A stretch of 64,000 bases of DNA from Macrostomum lignano (taxonomy: Eukaryota): contig NIVC01001427.1 of NCBI GenBank assembly GCA_002269645.1, positions 62,001-126,000 of the forward strand, written 5' to 3'. The notes beneath the pieces are model-generated. The model ran no database searches. It saw only the letters and a program-made list of their open reading frames with translations, and was not told where the DNA came from. The position numbers and the translations under genes were made by a program. This document shows, piece after piece, positions 1 through 13,330 of this stretch (the first letter of the stretch is position 1; each line of letters opens with the position of its first letter).

Positions 1-640
1 GCGTCACTTAAGCAGTGTGGTAGACAAGGTTCGAGAACAATAGGAAGTAAGTAAAACAAGAGCTATGGGACAATGAGGGAACAATAAATTGCGGAAGATG
101 AGAAAATAAATTCGGGTGTTTGGGTTAGTGATCACGAGATTTGGGCGTGCGACACTGCCACACCGTCTTTCTTGTGCGTTCTTGGACTTGCGGGGATTTC
201 AGAATTCGATGTACGTTCATGCGTACTCACAGTAACAATAAGAGTATAGTATGAAAAGGCAGTCAGTTTCTGGTCTAGTAGTACTTTTCCACTCACTAGC
301 GACCGAAACTGCGCTTCAATACGATGCGAAACCAATATTCCCGTGTAGAAAACAAAAATTTGAGTATGTTGGGACTTTGTAGAGTCATTAAAAGTCCCAC
401 GCATCTTGTCCGTGAGAATAGAGAAAAAGGAATTTGTCAACTTAAACCTCAGTTTGGATGCCTCCGCTATGGCTGCGCTAAACTAAAGAGACTAAAGAAA
501 GAGATGGGAATATCAACGGTCATCACCCTCCGCCGTTGATACACACAACAGATGTACGAGTAAAAAGCGACTGAAAACTATGCAACAGTCATGCGATTGC
601 TCAATTTTGCCTTTCGTTTGATGACGCTGTGAACGAGCCT

Positions 641-3215
641 TTAGTACTCTCCTAGGCATTGCGTGTTCAGGTTTGCAAATAAAAAAGAAAATGGCACCGC
701 CATCATTGCGACTCCGAAGATGACGAACGCTTTGAAGAACACTCGATCAGCGGAAGATCCGACAGTCTTCCATTCGTTTTCGACAAAAGTGGCGTTGGAA
801 GTCTGTGATGCCGATACGTCGCCATCTGCATCGGCTGTGGTGCGTGTGACTGTCCGCTTAGAACTTTCTCCGACAACGAATCGGTTGAGGAAGAGTGCAC
901 GGACGACCCGACTGCTGACGCTGCTCTCTTGCCTGAAGTGACAGCTGAGAACGAACGCGTTGCAGAGCACATTTACAATTGTCATGACCACGGCCAAGCT
1001 GAAGTACCAGGCTGGAATGTGAGGCAAGTGTCAAATTCAGATAGACTGCTCACGCAATGGAAGCAATCGAGAGACTCACTGATAAACGGCACGGACTCGC
1101 TCTGCGTAGGCGTGTAGTTGCCAACCAGCTGCAGGAACACGCACATGGACAGCACGATGGTGATGCTGAAGGAGACTCGCTCGCCACACTCGGGAGGCAG
1201 GCAAAAGGCGAGCGCGGAGACTCCAAGGAGAAGAATGCAGGGCAGCATCAGGTTTATCATGTAGAAAGTCGGAAGTCGCTGTAATTACGAGCGTAGAATT
1301 CCTAATCTAGTATTTCATGTTTCTACGAGTAAAGCATGATTTCAAGAAATTGTACCAAGATCTGGACAACAACTCACTTGAAATCCGACCCGGAGCTCGG
1401 CTGTGTCGTACAGGCCAAACGATCCGTTTTCTAGCCGGGCCCACAGAATGCAGAACTCGCTGCTCTTGATGACGAGCACATCAGGCGCATCATTCTGGTA
1501 CAGGGACTTGATGCGGACTCGAGTCGATCCCGTGACTTGCTGCAGACTCGAGAGCCTGACGAGACAGTTTTGCTCATCGAACGGAAACAGCTGCATTTGC
1601 ATGCTGCACTTGGTGGACAGAATCATTCCTGTGCTCCACAGCACAATGCCTGAGGACATCACCGAAAGAATCGCGCGGCCCTCTGTAGCGTCCGAGATTT
1701 CCACCCTAGAGTGAATTGTTTAAATGAAGGCACTCATTGAGAGCAGTTTCAATTCGTCAGTCGTCAGAACGTCAGAACTTAATTTCTTCAGTACTTAGTC
1801 TCTGCAGTGCATGCATCAAGCAGGATATCTTTTTTAGTTTGATTGAGTAGCTTTTTATTTAATCCATTTGCTTGTAGAGCGTATGTCCGAGACACAAAAA
1901 TTTTGTTGCACTGGGATACCTGCAAAGGTTTTCCTAATTGGGTTATTTTATACCTAAGTTCGAAATTTTCCCTTTATCAGTTTGCGTTGCCTTAAGAAGT
2001 CCAAGGTTATGGCCTCTTCTTTCAATGCGTCGATCCAACGCTGAGCGGAAGAATTAAAATTAAACAGAATTAAATGGCGCTGAATGGAGTTGCAACCGCG
2101 AGCACGACAATAGCTCGAGTTTAACATTGAGCTGCTCCTTTTTCAGTTTAGTATTAATCAGTATAATAATAATAATAATGAATATATTATTACACAGTAT
2201 TAATATTGCTAATGCACTATGTTCGAACATATCGACTCCTATTTAATGAGAAGTTCTATTAAACTCTCAAAAAATAACGTCGATGTCCCTAAGCTACTGA
2301 ACTAAAAAGCTAAGCAACCCACGTCGGGTTTTTTCGCACAAGTGACGAAAAACAGCGGTCGCACTTCCGCAATCTAAAGTGGCCTATCTAGCGAATGTAT
2401 CATCTATTGTGGTCTGTAGTGTTGAAAGCAACCGGCATGTTCTCGATATCTTTTTTAGGTCCAAGCACTGAACCATATTCACTAATTCTCTTTTGTTAAA
2501 TTTCAAGTTTGAGCACGCGTAAAACAACTCACGCATCGTAAAAGGATGCGTCAGGTTGCCACAGGTACGAAGCCGGAAGGCTGATTGCGCTGATATTGTC
2601 CAGACTGGAGTTGAACTTTCCTTTCCAGGCCAGGCGACTGTCGGTCCAGTGCTGCAATTACAGCTCATTAAAAATTATCTCTGCAAGGATTGAAAGGAAT
2701 CTTTCTTGTATCAAAGGTATCTAAGACTTAAAGCTTACCACGTTAAGCCACACCATGAGCTTTATTTCCTGTTTTGTGGAGTCCTGAAAGAAGTGTCAGA
2801 AAGTGGGTCATCCATTTACCAAAAAAATCTGCCTATCAGGATTAATGAGTGATTCGAGTTCATTGAGCATCGAAATACGATTAGTAAACCTACAAGCAAG
2901 CGTACAAACCTTAGAGATTTAGTATATTAGATTATGCTGAAGCAGGAAACGGAAGAAACTCGAAAAGGGATGCACTAAAAAGCTTAGCATGACTCGTTTA
3001 ACACAACTGCTCACCACTTTAACGATGGAGTTCAGGTAGATGAAGACATTGAGGGTGTTGGCGAAGCCGCTGTCAGGTGGCGGTCGGATCGCTTTGTTAT
3101 ACTCGGTGAAGAGCTTCAGCGCTGCCGCGACGGCATCGTCAGGTGAGGCGGGCGATGCGGCCGCTGACACAGCAGCACCGAGCAAGGCCAGGCAGATGAG
3201 GAGTCGCGCCGACAT
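641..3215 (-). CDS. nAChR-like Cys-loop ligand-gated cation channel subunit, copy A (6 exons, 420 aa)
   Basis: Exons 3215-3015, 2783-2739, 2651-2533, 1705-1378, 1278-1080, 1011-641 with GT-AG junctions give 1263 nt in frame. Signal peptide MSARLLICLALLGAAVSA; WTDSRLAW; WQPDASFY; Cys-loop CSMQMQLFPFDEQNC (C-x13-C); M1 FYMINLMLPC; M2 GERVSFSITIVLSMCVF; M3; pre-M4 EWKTV..ADRVFF. Confidence 0.9.
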
Positions 3216-5409
3216 ACCGGATGCTGCAAGAGTCTGTCAGTCACAGAACGCAAAATTTAGTTGCGAATCTGGCAAAATAGTCAAATCACGAATAAATTTG
3301 AGTCAAGACGGCTGGGCTTGTTCCGCTCTGATTTTTATTGGCAAAAATGTAAATCCTGCTTGAATATTCAAGTACCGTCTGTTTGCTGAAGTTGATGGCG
3401 CATATAAAATCTTTGTTTAACACACTGCTCAGCTGACTGTTATACACCGAGAATACTCAAATTATTTCTTGTATCCTGGAGGAAACGCAAACAATTTCAG
3501 GCAGATAAATTTCTTTGAGTCTTTCTCTGAGACAAAAAATCAAGTTGCAAAGCTGACTAAATTTCTAGTTCATGAAAAAGCGAATTGTCATTGTCAGAAA
3601 ACTTTTATCCCTTCGGTCAATTACTTATAGTCCCCTCTATCAGTTCCCTCGGACTATCAGGGTAGCATTTTATATGTGCTTTGCATTAGAGGGGTTCGCT
3701 ATGCAGTCATTCGTCCCGAGTTTGCTCTCCGTGTGGCATGGAAATTTCGGGAGAAATCCAATTCATTAGCGCCGCAGAAGTCAATTTAATCAGCAATTTT
3801 CGGCGTTGCAGAATCAACCCACTTCTCCGTGCTGTCACGGCAAACTTTTCTGTGAATTTTTTACATTATCCAGCTATCCATCCAGCAATTTTCCAGCACT
3901 TGGATGTTGGAAATAATTAGAGGAAATGTAGTCTCATTTACAGCAAGATACATCAGTACTCAAAATTTTTGTCAGTGTTTTATTTTTATACGAGGCGATC
4001 CTGTAGCAAGTTAATATGCTCTAGCATATTATCTTATAGGATCCTATAGGATTTGCATGTTCAGGTTCTAAGAATCAGATTCTTAGAAAATGTCTCGCAC
4101 AGGAATACGGCGTAGCTGGCCAGCCACCAACCACCCAACTTGAGGGAGGTTTGGATTGACTATATATGAAACTGTATTTTGGCAGTCAGATCTCCGCCTT
4201 CTTCTGGTCCACGCGCCGCATCTGTTTCTCCATCTGCCGCGCTTTGAGGCGCTTTGATTCTGCCCCGGTCCATTCGTTGTTACCTTGCCCGACTGCAGTA
4301 GTCTTGCCGGCGTAACGTTCGCGGTGACCTCATCTGAGCATCGTTGCAGGTAAGCGCGTTCTAGATAGAAGCCCTCAGCTTTGACTTAGTACGCGATGCC
4401 GACCCTGAGGATCTCAGTTTTACACCGGAGGATCTGGTAGGTTTTGGCCAGAGCGTCGCTGAACTGCCAGACCGCGAGCGTCCTCTGTTGAGAGTAGGAC
4501 CCCGAGATTAGGCCAGTATTGGGGAAACTTCTCCGTTAGTCGATCTGTTCATCCAATCTTTTAGCTCGTATCACCTGCCGTGTCCGTCTCATTCACTGCT
4601 GAGATCTAATTGCCAAGTTCGCATTAAACTACCAAGCGTTAATTACACAAGTTACGAGGAATGTCCCAAAAGTTCCCGGAATGTTTGCTCCAGCTCCTCA
4701 GCACCTTAACCAATTTTTATGCTTTACGTGTCAAACTAAAGACAATTTTTTAACAAAACATTTTGTCATTTGAATTTCCTTTTTATCTGGTTTTAGTTAA
4801 GAGTTACACCAGTAAATGTGAAGGAAGTTCAGTACTAGTTTTACACAACCTCGAATGTCTGTGGTGTCCTTGTTCCATCATAAAAAGTTTTTGCAAAAAT
4901 TAACTTTGAATTCGTCAGAAAGATGCGGAAACATCTGTGGATGAAACCAGTAAAATTGCTGATCAGATCTAGTGGTGTCAGCGCTTGCTTACGTCATACT
5001 AAATGCTTGCCTTTGGCTAAAGATTTAAAGATGAGTATTCTCCATAGCCTTGAGAGTCAGTGGAGTCAACTTTTCGCCCTGTGGGGGTGGCGAGAGCGTG
5101 ACTGCTGGTCATTCAAAGTGGATTAGCCATCCTTGAACCGTTGGTTGAGAAAAGATGATTAGCAATTTTGGCTCCACTCCATCCTGCAGACCACAGGGCG
5201 TAATTTATCTGAATCGTTGTGTAATTTATTGGATCAAGGTACACGAGTTAAAAATCGTTATCTGTGAGCAGTTATTATCAGGATCGAATCACAACTCGAT
5301 CAAATTTTATCCGGAATTGTGTTATTCATTTTTTGTACCTTACCACCTGCGGCCATTGGAAACATTTGGGCAAATGGGAATTAATAGTTTTAACACCTCT
5401 AGTAGGTTG

Positions 5410-7499
5410 TTAAGCAATGCAGTCCTCTCGGGAAAAAGTGATTACAAAAATTGCGGTAACTGCCACAGCTAAAGTCGAAACTGTCATAAAGAAGGCAAAA
5501 AATAGTCAGTCAGCTGAGTCCACAACTTCAATCAAATCCTGACTACGCGAGCTGCTCGCACTGCTGGCATCGGGAAGCTGCGACGAGTTCTCTGCAACTG
5601 TTGTTTCCGCCAAAGAATGCTTCGGCATCTTTCAGACGACTCGGTTGAGGAACAGCGTACGGATGAGCCGGCTGCTCACCGGAGCGCCGCTTTGCTGCTC
5701 GAAGTTATTGTGTCGTGGCAAGGAGCCCTTAAAAGGGCCGTTTTACTAACTAACTAAAAAGGACATTTTTTCTAACTACTCTACTGTAAGTAGGCGTCAC
5801 CGTAAATGTGATGCAAACAATTAATACCTTTTCTTGCTGCCAAATTTATCGATCGCCTATTAATTCATGATTGGATGTGAAATATTAGCGCGGGTTGTCC
5901 TTACTAGAGCGTATTTTTTTTTTGGCTGAATTCTACTTGCCTAATTACTCGCGGTTTTCCTGTGTTAGTCTATCGAGACACCACAAAAGTGACAATTGAG
6001 CACGAATGCGTTGCAGCGCGCGTTTAATAGTGTGTTGAAAACTAGCACAGAAAAGTACCAGGCTGCAAAGATAGGAAACTTGTAGAGTCGGTCGTTGCAT
6101 TGAGACAGAATGCTAGCAGTTAATGGAAGCTTTGCATGACTTACTGATGAGCGGCACGGACTCGCTCTGCGTGGGCGTGTAGTTGCCAGCCAGCTGCAGA
6201 AACACGCACATGGACAGCACGATGGTGATGCTGATGCTGAAGGAGACTCGCTCGCCGCACTCGGGCGGCAGGCGGAAGGCGATGGCGGAGATGGCGAGTA
6301 GGAGGACGCTGGGCAGCATCAGGTTCACAAGATAGAAGGTTGGCCTTATCTGTTTTTTAAAACATCAAAATATCTCATGGATTTATTTGATTGGTAGAAG
6401 TTTTACTCAAAACTTAATTCGAATTATCATTTAATGCATTTTACCTGAAATTCTACCATAAGCTGCAGAATCGGATGCCCCGAGTCCTCATATTCAATGA
6501 GATGAACTTGCAAAAGGCTGAGCTCGTTGGATCTGGCTAAAAATCGAGTAACGGAATCATTGGGTTCGATTGAAGATTTTACAATATCAGTTCGTTCCTT
6601 CATCGAAGTGCGCGAGATGATCTTCAGGCTGCACTGTTGCACATCGACAGGAAAGCTTGCAAGATTCATTTCGCACTTGAATGTGGTGACCAGCTCGACG
6701 TTGGTCGCAGCGGTGCCGTCCATCATCACCGTTATCGGTGCAGGCTCGAGGCTTGTAGACTTTTGATCCAGCCTGCATGCAACGGGAACAGGCAATGATC
6801 ACGGGTACTTGTGAAACAAAGCAATGCACTCTGCTTTGCACTTACACTCCGTAGAGAGTTCGCTCCGGCTCCCAGACTTTGCCTGTTGGAACTGTTATTT
6901 CGGTAATGCTGTCGAGACTGCCATTTATTTGCCCTTCCACGAGAGTCGACCGTCTTTCCAGTCGACTATTTTCGAAAATTATTGAATGCGAGGCAGCACA
7001 TTTGTTGGCTTCTTCGAGATTGCAGAATGCTTAACAGAGTAAGTTGAGTCCCCTCCGTTTCTTTTCTTTGCTTTTCAGTCGACTTTTCAATTGTCACCGA
7101 ACGGCGCCTGTCAAACCTTTGTTAACCCCAGTTGAAGTGTAACCTCTTACGACGTCCTGAAATTTCCAACATCCGCCATGTTAGCTTTTGTGCTCAACAA
7201 GCTGAGTAAAACAAAGAAAGCATGCATGAAAACAGGCGCACAAATTTTGCCAGGCTGCTCAGGTAGACGAAAGCGTAGATGGCTCGGTCCGTCCAGTTGG
7301 CTGCCGGCGGTCAGAACGCGCTGTTGAAGCTGGATTCGAACCGCAGGGCTGTTAGCACCGCCTCCTCCGGTGAAACCAGCTCTGCATTCGAAGCAGCCTC
7401 GATCATGACAGCATTGTACAGTGCCATGTTCAGTGCTGTTAAGAGAATAGCAGTTTTTATGGGAGCTGAGGAAGCCACGAGGTTCTGCAATATGCTCAT
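5410..7499 (-). pseudogene. nAChR-like copy B, decayed pseudogene
   Basis: Same exon series as A/C. Lesions: TGA at 7311-7313 where paralogs have R of RPPP; exon 2 about 5 nt short; 1-nt deletion near 6925 in exon 3; 281-bp insertion and two TGA (5632-5634, 5506-5508) in exon 6. Exon 4 keeps Cys-loop CEMNLASFPVDVQQC. Exon 5 (6349-6145) is open with an in-frame SI duplication in M2. Confidence 0.85.
5706..5986. mobile_element. 281-bp insertion with 4-bp target-site duplication in last exon of copy B (solo-LTR-like or non-autonomous element)
   Basis: AAGT at 5702-5705 and 5987-5990 flanks the insert; removing it restores the paralog motif CHFEQQS. Ends only weakly TGT..ACA-like, so the class is uncertain. 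Confidence 0.65.
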
Positions 7500-7752
7500 T
7501 CCAGATGGAGTCAGTGATGATGCACTGTCTTCAGTTTCTTATTGCTAAAAAATCTTATAGCAATAAAGCTACTGAGTACGAAGCGGATAGGCAGATGCTG
7601 TCAAATGGGTCGGCAATGGAGCCGTAGCCGCTAAATAGTTTTTGAGGTGTTTGCCTTAGTTAAATACAATAAAAGCCCCTATGTTGGCGTAGCGCGCGAA
7701 TGTGTGTGTTTGATTAAGTCAGAAAAATCAGCACGGTTTAGAATAGTGATAG

Positions 7753-8510
7753 GCTAGATCATATCTGACATGCAGCAATCAATACTCAGTGCTAGATCAT
7801 ATCTGACATGCAGCAATCAATACTCAGTGCTAGATCATATCTGACATGCAGCAATCAATACCCAGTGCTAGATCATATCTGACATGCAGTAATCAATACT
7901 CAGTGCTAGATCATATCTGACATGCAGCAATCAATACTCAGTGCTAGATCATATCTGACATGCAGCAATCAATACTCAGTGCTAGATCATATCTGACATG
8001 CAGCAATCAATACTCAGTGCTAGATCATATCTGACATGCAGCAATCAATACCCAGTGCTAGATCATATCTGACATGCAGTAATCAATACTCAGTGCTAGA
8101 TCATATCTGACATGCAGCAATCAATACTCAGTGCTAGATCATATCTGACATGCAGCAATCAATACTCAGTGCTAGATCATGTCTGCAATTAATACTCAGT
8201 GCTAGATCATGTCTGCAATCAATACTCAGTGCTAGATCATGTCTGCAATCAATACTCAGTGCTAGATCATGTCTGCAATCAATACTCAGTGCTAGATCAT
8301 GTCTGCAATCAATACTCAGTGCTAGATCATGTCTGCAATCAATACTCAGTGCTAGATCATTTTGCAATGCATACTCAGTGCTAGATCATGTCTGCAATCA
8401 ATACTCAGTGCTAGATCATTTTGCAATGCATACTCAGTGCTAGATCATGTCTGCAATCAATACTCAGTGCTAGATCATTTTGCAATGCATACTCAGTGCT
8501 AGATCATCAC
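7753..8510. repeat. Minisatellite: 38-bp unit switching to a 30-bp derivative
   Basis: GCTAGATCATATCTGACATGCAGCAATCAATACTCAGT (38 bp) repeated to about 8170, then GCTAGATCATGTCTGCAATCAATACTCAGT (30 bp). Confidence 0.95.
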
Positions 8511-9429
8511 ACGGCCTGTAGCCGCCCACAAAGCACACTTACCTCGAATTCCATAGTGGGTAATGCCAATTTGAAGACTAAAGAATTTTCTAAGAGCGAG
8601 ACTATGCTTGACTAAACTATCCTGGGAGCCCAACTGTTCTCCACTTATAAAGAATCCCGCGAATCCTTCACTAATCTTTTTCCGGACATTTCGGCTATTT
8701 GAAACTACTGTCAGTAGTGTAAAAGCAAATTGTATTGCGCGCTTCACTACCGGTATCTCATCCTACATTATTATTCTTATTTGATTATAGTTAAGACTGT
8801 GATTATTATTATTATACATTAGTAGTTTCGAAGCTCCGATAAACAACATCTCTTTGACTGAGTCTTCAGTTCGTGTCTTCAGTGTACCAAGACTCCATAC
8901 TTGATTGCCTAACTCAGCTTGAATTCCGGGTGCCGAATTTCTTCTTATGTCGACAGATGCCAAAGTCTAAGAGCAGCTTCTTTATTGCTTGTCTCGCTGC
9001 TATGCGGTTTCTAGCTGTTATAATCGATTATTCTCGTTTGTTTTCATCGAAAATCTCAACTCCATGTATCATGATGTCACCAGCAGCAACAGCAGATGCT
9101 GTCTGGCCGCCAGAAGTTTTATTCAATGACATACTGAAGAACCTTACGAGAAAACCCATGAGAACACTATGAAAATCTAGAATGCAGATTTAAGTAAGTT
9201 TCGTGGGATACTCGTGAAGTTTCGTGAGTTAGGGACGATTTGGGAAAAAGCAACTTTTGCGTCGCCCAGGAGAAGCATGAAAACGGGGAAAGTGGCGCAA
9301 ATTATCTAAGGCACTTCTGAAAAGAAGACGGGTTACCATTATTTGCTTGCTACGAGCTAACAGTAGACAATACACATGATACACTGCAACTACTCGGATG
9401 AACCAGTGGGTGGCTTCGAAGCACAAAGA

Positions 9430-9985
9430 GACGTGGGCTAGCGCCCCCCGACTGCCGACAATCTCGCGCGGCTGTCCCCGGTCCTTCCGCCACCCTCAGT
9501 ATGGCCCTGCTTGGACATAATCGCAGGGATATCAGGGCGGTGACCATGGCTCTCTCAGGTAAAGGGTGCATCCAAAGGAAAAATTCATAGCGAGGAATGT
9601 CCTTTCTCAGGACAGGCTCACCCACCTCGGCCCAAACCCTGACCTTTTTCGACGCTTTCAAGCCCAAGGATTTCTGCCAGCCCGTCCGCTACCAAAGGGC
9701 TACCGGGCGAGAGACCATTTACCTCCTGGACTCTCTGGAGGGGACCGCAATGCGGACACCAACACCACCGGATCACCCCGCGCGACACCGCAGCACCAGC
9801 TACCCGTGGTCACCAGGGGTTTATTGGAATATGCGTCGACTCATCCCCGCTGTATCCGGATGCCCGGATAAAGCATCAACTGTCGCTTAGGTCGCTTAGA
9901 CAGACCTGGCCTGTGCGCCGTAGGCCGCCACAGCAGTGAAGTGCGGCTCTCCATCTTGGCCGCCTGGAAGGTCGTAGCAATAAAA
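9430..9985 (+). mobile_element. Possible degraded 3' end of a non-LTR retrotransposon (zf-RVT/zinc-knuckle-like)
   Basis: Frameshifted fragments [21 protein letters not shown] and RETIYLLD resemble the LINE C-terminal Pk.k.f.W..l..rLpt and ET..Hll..C motifs; AATAAA near 9979. Weak, motif-only support. Confidence 0.3.
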
Positions 9986-10663
9986 AGAAGTTCTAATAAC
10001 TTCTAGAACTTCTAGAAATACAAATACAAGCGTACATGGAAGAAAAGACAAATGCATAACCTTTTTTTAAACTTACAACTGACTTTTAAGGGCAGCTATA
10101 ATACGGAAGCAGAATCGAAAATGGGTGCAGAACATAGCTGGAGGCGGGGAGGCCGTACTCAGCCTTTTGCCGGATCCCCGGGACTCCGAAACTTCAGTTC
10201 GAGTGCAGGGGAGCCACCCTTAGCCTGATTGAACCGGTCTCAAGTCCAGACAGTGTTATCATAAATGAGGAAGGCATTGAAAGAAGCTTTTGCTTGCATT
10301 TCCCGTTGATTCTATGCTTATCGAGAATTTGTCTGTTTGTCTGCAATTGTTTGCGTTTCCTACAGGATACATTGACTTGAATTGAAGCCAAATTGCGTAA
10401 ATTTGTACAAGAAATAATTTGAGTATTCTCGGTGTATAACAGTCAGCTGAGCAGTGTGTTAAACAAAGATTTGATATGCGCAATCAACTTCAGCAAACAG
10501 ACGGTACTTGAATATTCAAGCAGGATTTACATTTTTGCCAATAAAAATCAGAGCGGAACAAGCCCAGCCGTCTTGACTCAAATTTATTCGTGATTTGACT
10601 ATTTTGCCAGATTTGTAACTACATTTTGCGTTCTGTGACTGACAGACTCTTGCAGCATCCGGT

Positions 10664-12481
10664 ATGTCGGCGCGACTCCTCATCTGCCTGGCCTTGCTCG
10701 GTGCCGCTGTGTCAGCGGCCGCATCGCCCGCCTCACCTGACGATGCCGTCGCGGCAGCACTGAAGCTCTTCACCGAGTATAACAAAGCGATCCGACCGCC
10801 ACCTGACAGCGGGTTCGCCAACACCCTCAATGTCTTCATCTATCTGAACTCCATCGTTAAAGTGGTGAGCAGTTGTGTTAAAGGAGTCATGCTAAGCTTC
10901 AATGTATTGCCCATGATTGCTCATAAGAGCTTCAATTCAATCGTTGAGTTTCAATAACTATCAGCCAGTGGTGTTGGTGACCATATAAACGTTCATGTCA
11001 TGATTTAGCAGAAGAGAGGGTACTAATTTTGTAATAGATTCTGCCAATTCAGAATGTTTCCCACTATTCTTCAGGATTCCGCAAACCAGGAGATCAAGCT
11101 CAAGGTGTGGCTGCATGTGGTAAGCATATGATGGCTTGTTTTGAGTAATGTCCGAATAGTTCCTGTTGATTATACTAACGTAAACAATTAAATTTTAGCA
11201 CTGGACCGATAGCCGCTTGGCCTGGAAAGGAAAGTTCAACTCCAGTCTGGACAACATCAGTGCAATCAGCCTTCCGGCTTCGTACCTGTGGCAACCGGAC
11301 GCATCTTTTTACGATGTGTGAGCCGCATTCCGAAAAAGGATTTGGGGAAAATAAACAGTTATGAGGAATGAACTTAGGTAGCTATTGACAACATGACTGA
11401 CAATTTAACAGCATTTAGTTTCATGCCTCACTCTAGGGTGGAGCTCTCGGACGCTACAGAAGGCCGCGCGATTCTTTCGGTGATGTCCTCAGGCATTGTG
11501 CTGCGGAGCACAGGAATGATTCTGTCCACCAAGTGCAGCATGCAAATGCAGCTGTTTCCGTTCGATGAGCAAAACTGTATCGTCAGGCTCTCGAGTCTGC
11601 AGCAAGTCACGGGATCGACTCGAGTCCGCATCAAGTCCCTGTTCCAGAATGATGCGCCTGATGTGTACGTCATCAAGAGCAGCGAGTTCTGCATTCTGTG
11701 GGTCCGGCTGGAAAACGGATCGTTTGGAATTTACGACACAGCTGTGCTGCGCGTCCAATTCAAGGTGAAACTTATACAAATCAGTAAAATACATTTAAAG
11801 CCTCGTGTTTATCGCCGACAAGCTTCTAAATCAAGTATTGCCATTTTAGCGACTTCCGACTTTCTACATTATCAACTTGATGCTTCCGAGCATACTGCTA
11901 CTTGGCATTTCTACGCTCGCCTTTTGCCTGCCTCCCGAGTGTGGCGAGCGAGTCTCCTTCAGCATCACCATCGTGCTGTCCATGTGCGTGTTCCTGCAGC
12001 TGGTTGGCAACTACACGCCTACGCAGAGCGAGTCCGTGCCGCTCATCAGTGAGTCTCTCGATTGCTTCCATTGCGTGAGCAGTCTATCTGAATTTAACAC
12101 TTGCCTCACATTCCAGCCTGGTACTTCAGCTTGGCCGTGGTCATGACAATTATGAATGTGCTCTGCAACGCGTTCGTTCTCAGCTGTCACTTCAGGCAGG
12201 AGAGCAGCGTCAGCAGCCGGGTCATCCGTGCACTCTTCCTCAACAGATTTGCTCTCAGACGAAGCTGTCCGCGGAAGGTGGCAAGTGCTGCAACCGATGC
12301 AGACAGCACGCAATCGGATGTCCCTAGCGATGTCCCTAGCGAAAACGAATGGAAGACTGTCGGATCATCCGCTGATCGAGTTTTCTTCAAAGCGTTTGCC
12401 ACTGTTGTAGCCGTAATACTTATTGTGCCGTTCGCTATTTCCTTTGCGTCCTGGAATATGAGCTGCCTTGGAGTGTACTGA
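10664..12481 (+). CDS. nAChR-like Cys-loop subunit, copy C (6 exons, 418 aa); inverted near-duplicate of A
   Basis: Exons 10664-10864, 11075-11119, 11199-11317, 11437-11764, 11850-12048, 12117-12481 (1257 nt, in frame, GT-AG). Same motifs as A; AATAAA near 12575. Confidence 0.92.
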
Positions 12482-13330
12482 GGCCCAACGAAGAATTTAA
12501 AAATGGCTTTGTATGCTATGCACTACTGAGCCGAACTACGGGTTACTACGGACTTTATAGTTTTCTGGCATTCAAATAAAATGCCAGAAATTCAAATAAT
12601 TCAAATAAACAATTAATATTTGACCGAGACAACGCACTGAAAAGATAGTGTTTTTGTATTTGTGATTTGTGTTTTAAAATTATCTACAGTTTCATGTATT
12701 GCCTGTGGCAGCAAGTGACTGCAGGGGTCTGGCTGTGGCGGTGAAACAATAAACTTCTGAAATGGAGAAACATTTCGAGATGAAAAAATTCTCGCTAAAT
12801 TCTTAGAAACTCTTTCAACCAGGTACACGCATTCTGTTGATTTTAATTAAATTTCCTCATACTTTGAAACCATAGCTGTAAGTTGAGGGCTAAACTGACT
12901 AAAGTTGATGGTTAAATGATCAATTCCTAGAAATCGCCTGGCCCTTCCATATGGCGACTGGACAAACACGTTAATTACTATTTTTCATTTACCAATGAAA
13001 GTGTCTCTGTGACTTCTATGTTTTGCATTCTGCATTTTTTTTAATTTCGGCATTTACCGAGGCCCAGTGATGAGTAATCTTGCCAGAATGCATTACAGGG
13101 ACATAAAAGTTGTGAGATATTTTATACTCAGCCTCATTTTCGCTCAGTCTACTTAACTCGTAGTTAAACAAAGGCTAATTTGCCTCTAATAGCAAGTGTA
13201 GATCAAATTTGCTGCTGGCTCCAGGCAAACATCGGTCTCTTCTGCAAACATGGAACCATGATATGTAAGCACTCTTCCATTGGCTACTAACCTAGCCAGC
13301 TGTCAGTCAGAACTCAAGCCAGATCCCAAG

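Noticed and set aside
1-640. ORFs 132-440 and 324-539
   Set aside because: No recognisable motifs; lies downstream of gene A and cannot be classified from this window.
4090-4655. Possible solo LTR (TGT start, TATA, ATTAAA, ..ACA)
   Set aside because: No matching target-site duplication could be found, so boundaries are unsupported.
7753-8510. CRISPR-like regular 30-38-bp repeats
   Set aside because: Units are contiguous with no unique spacers, no cas genes, eukaryotic context.
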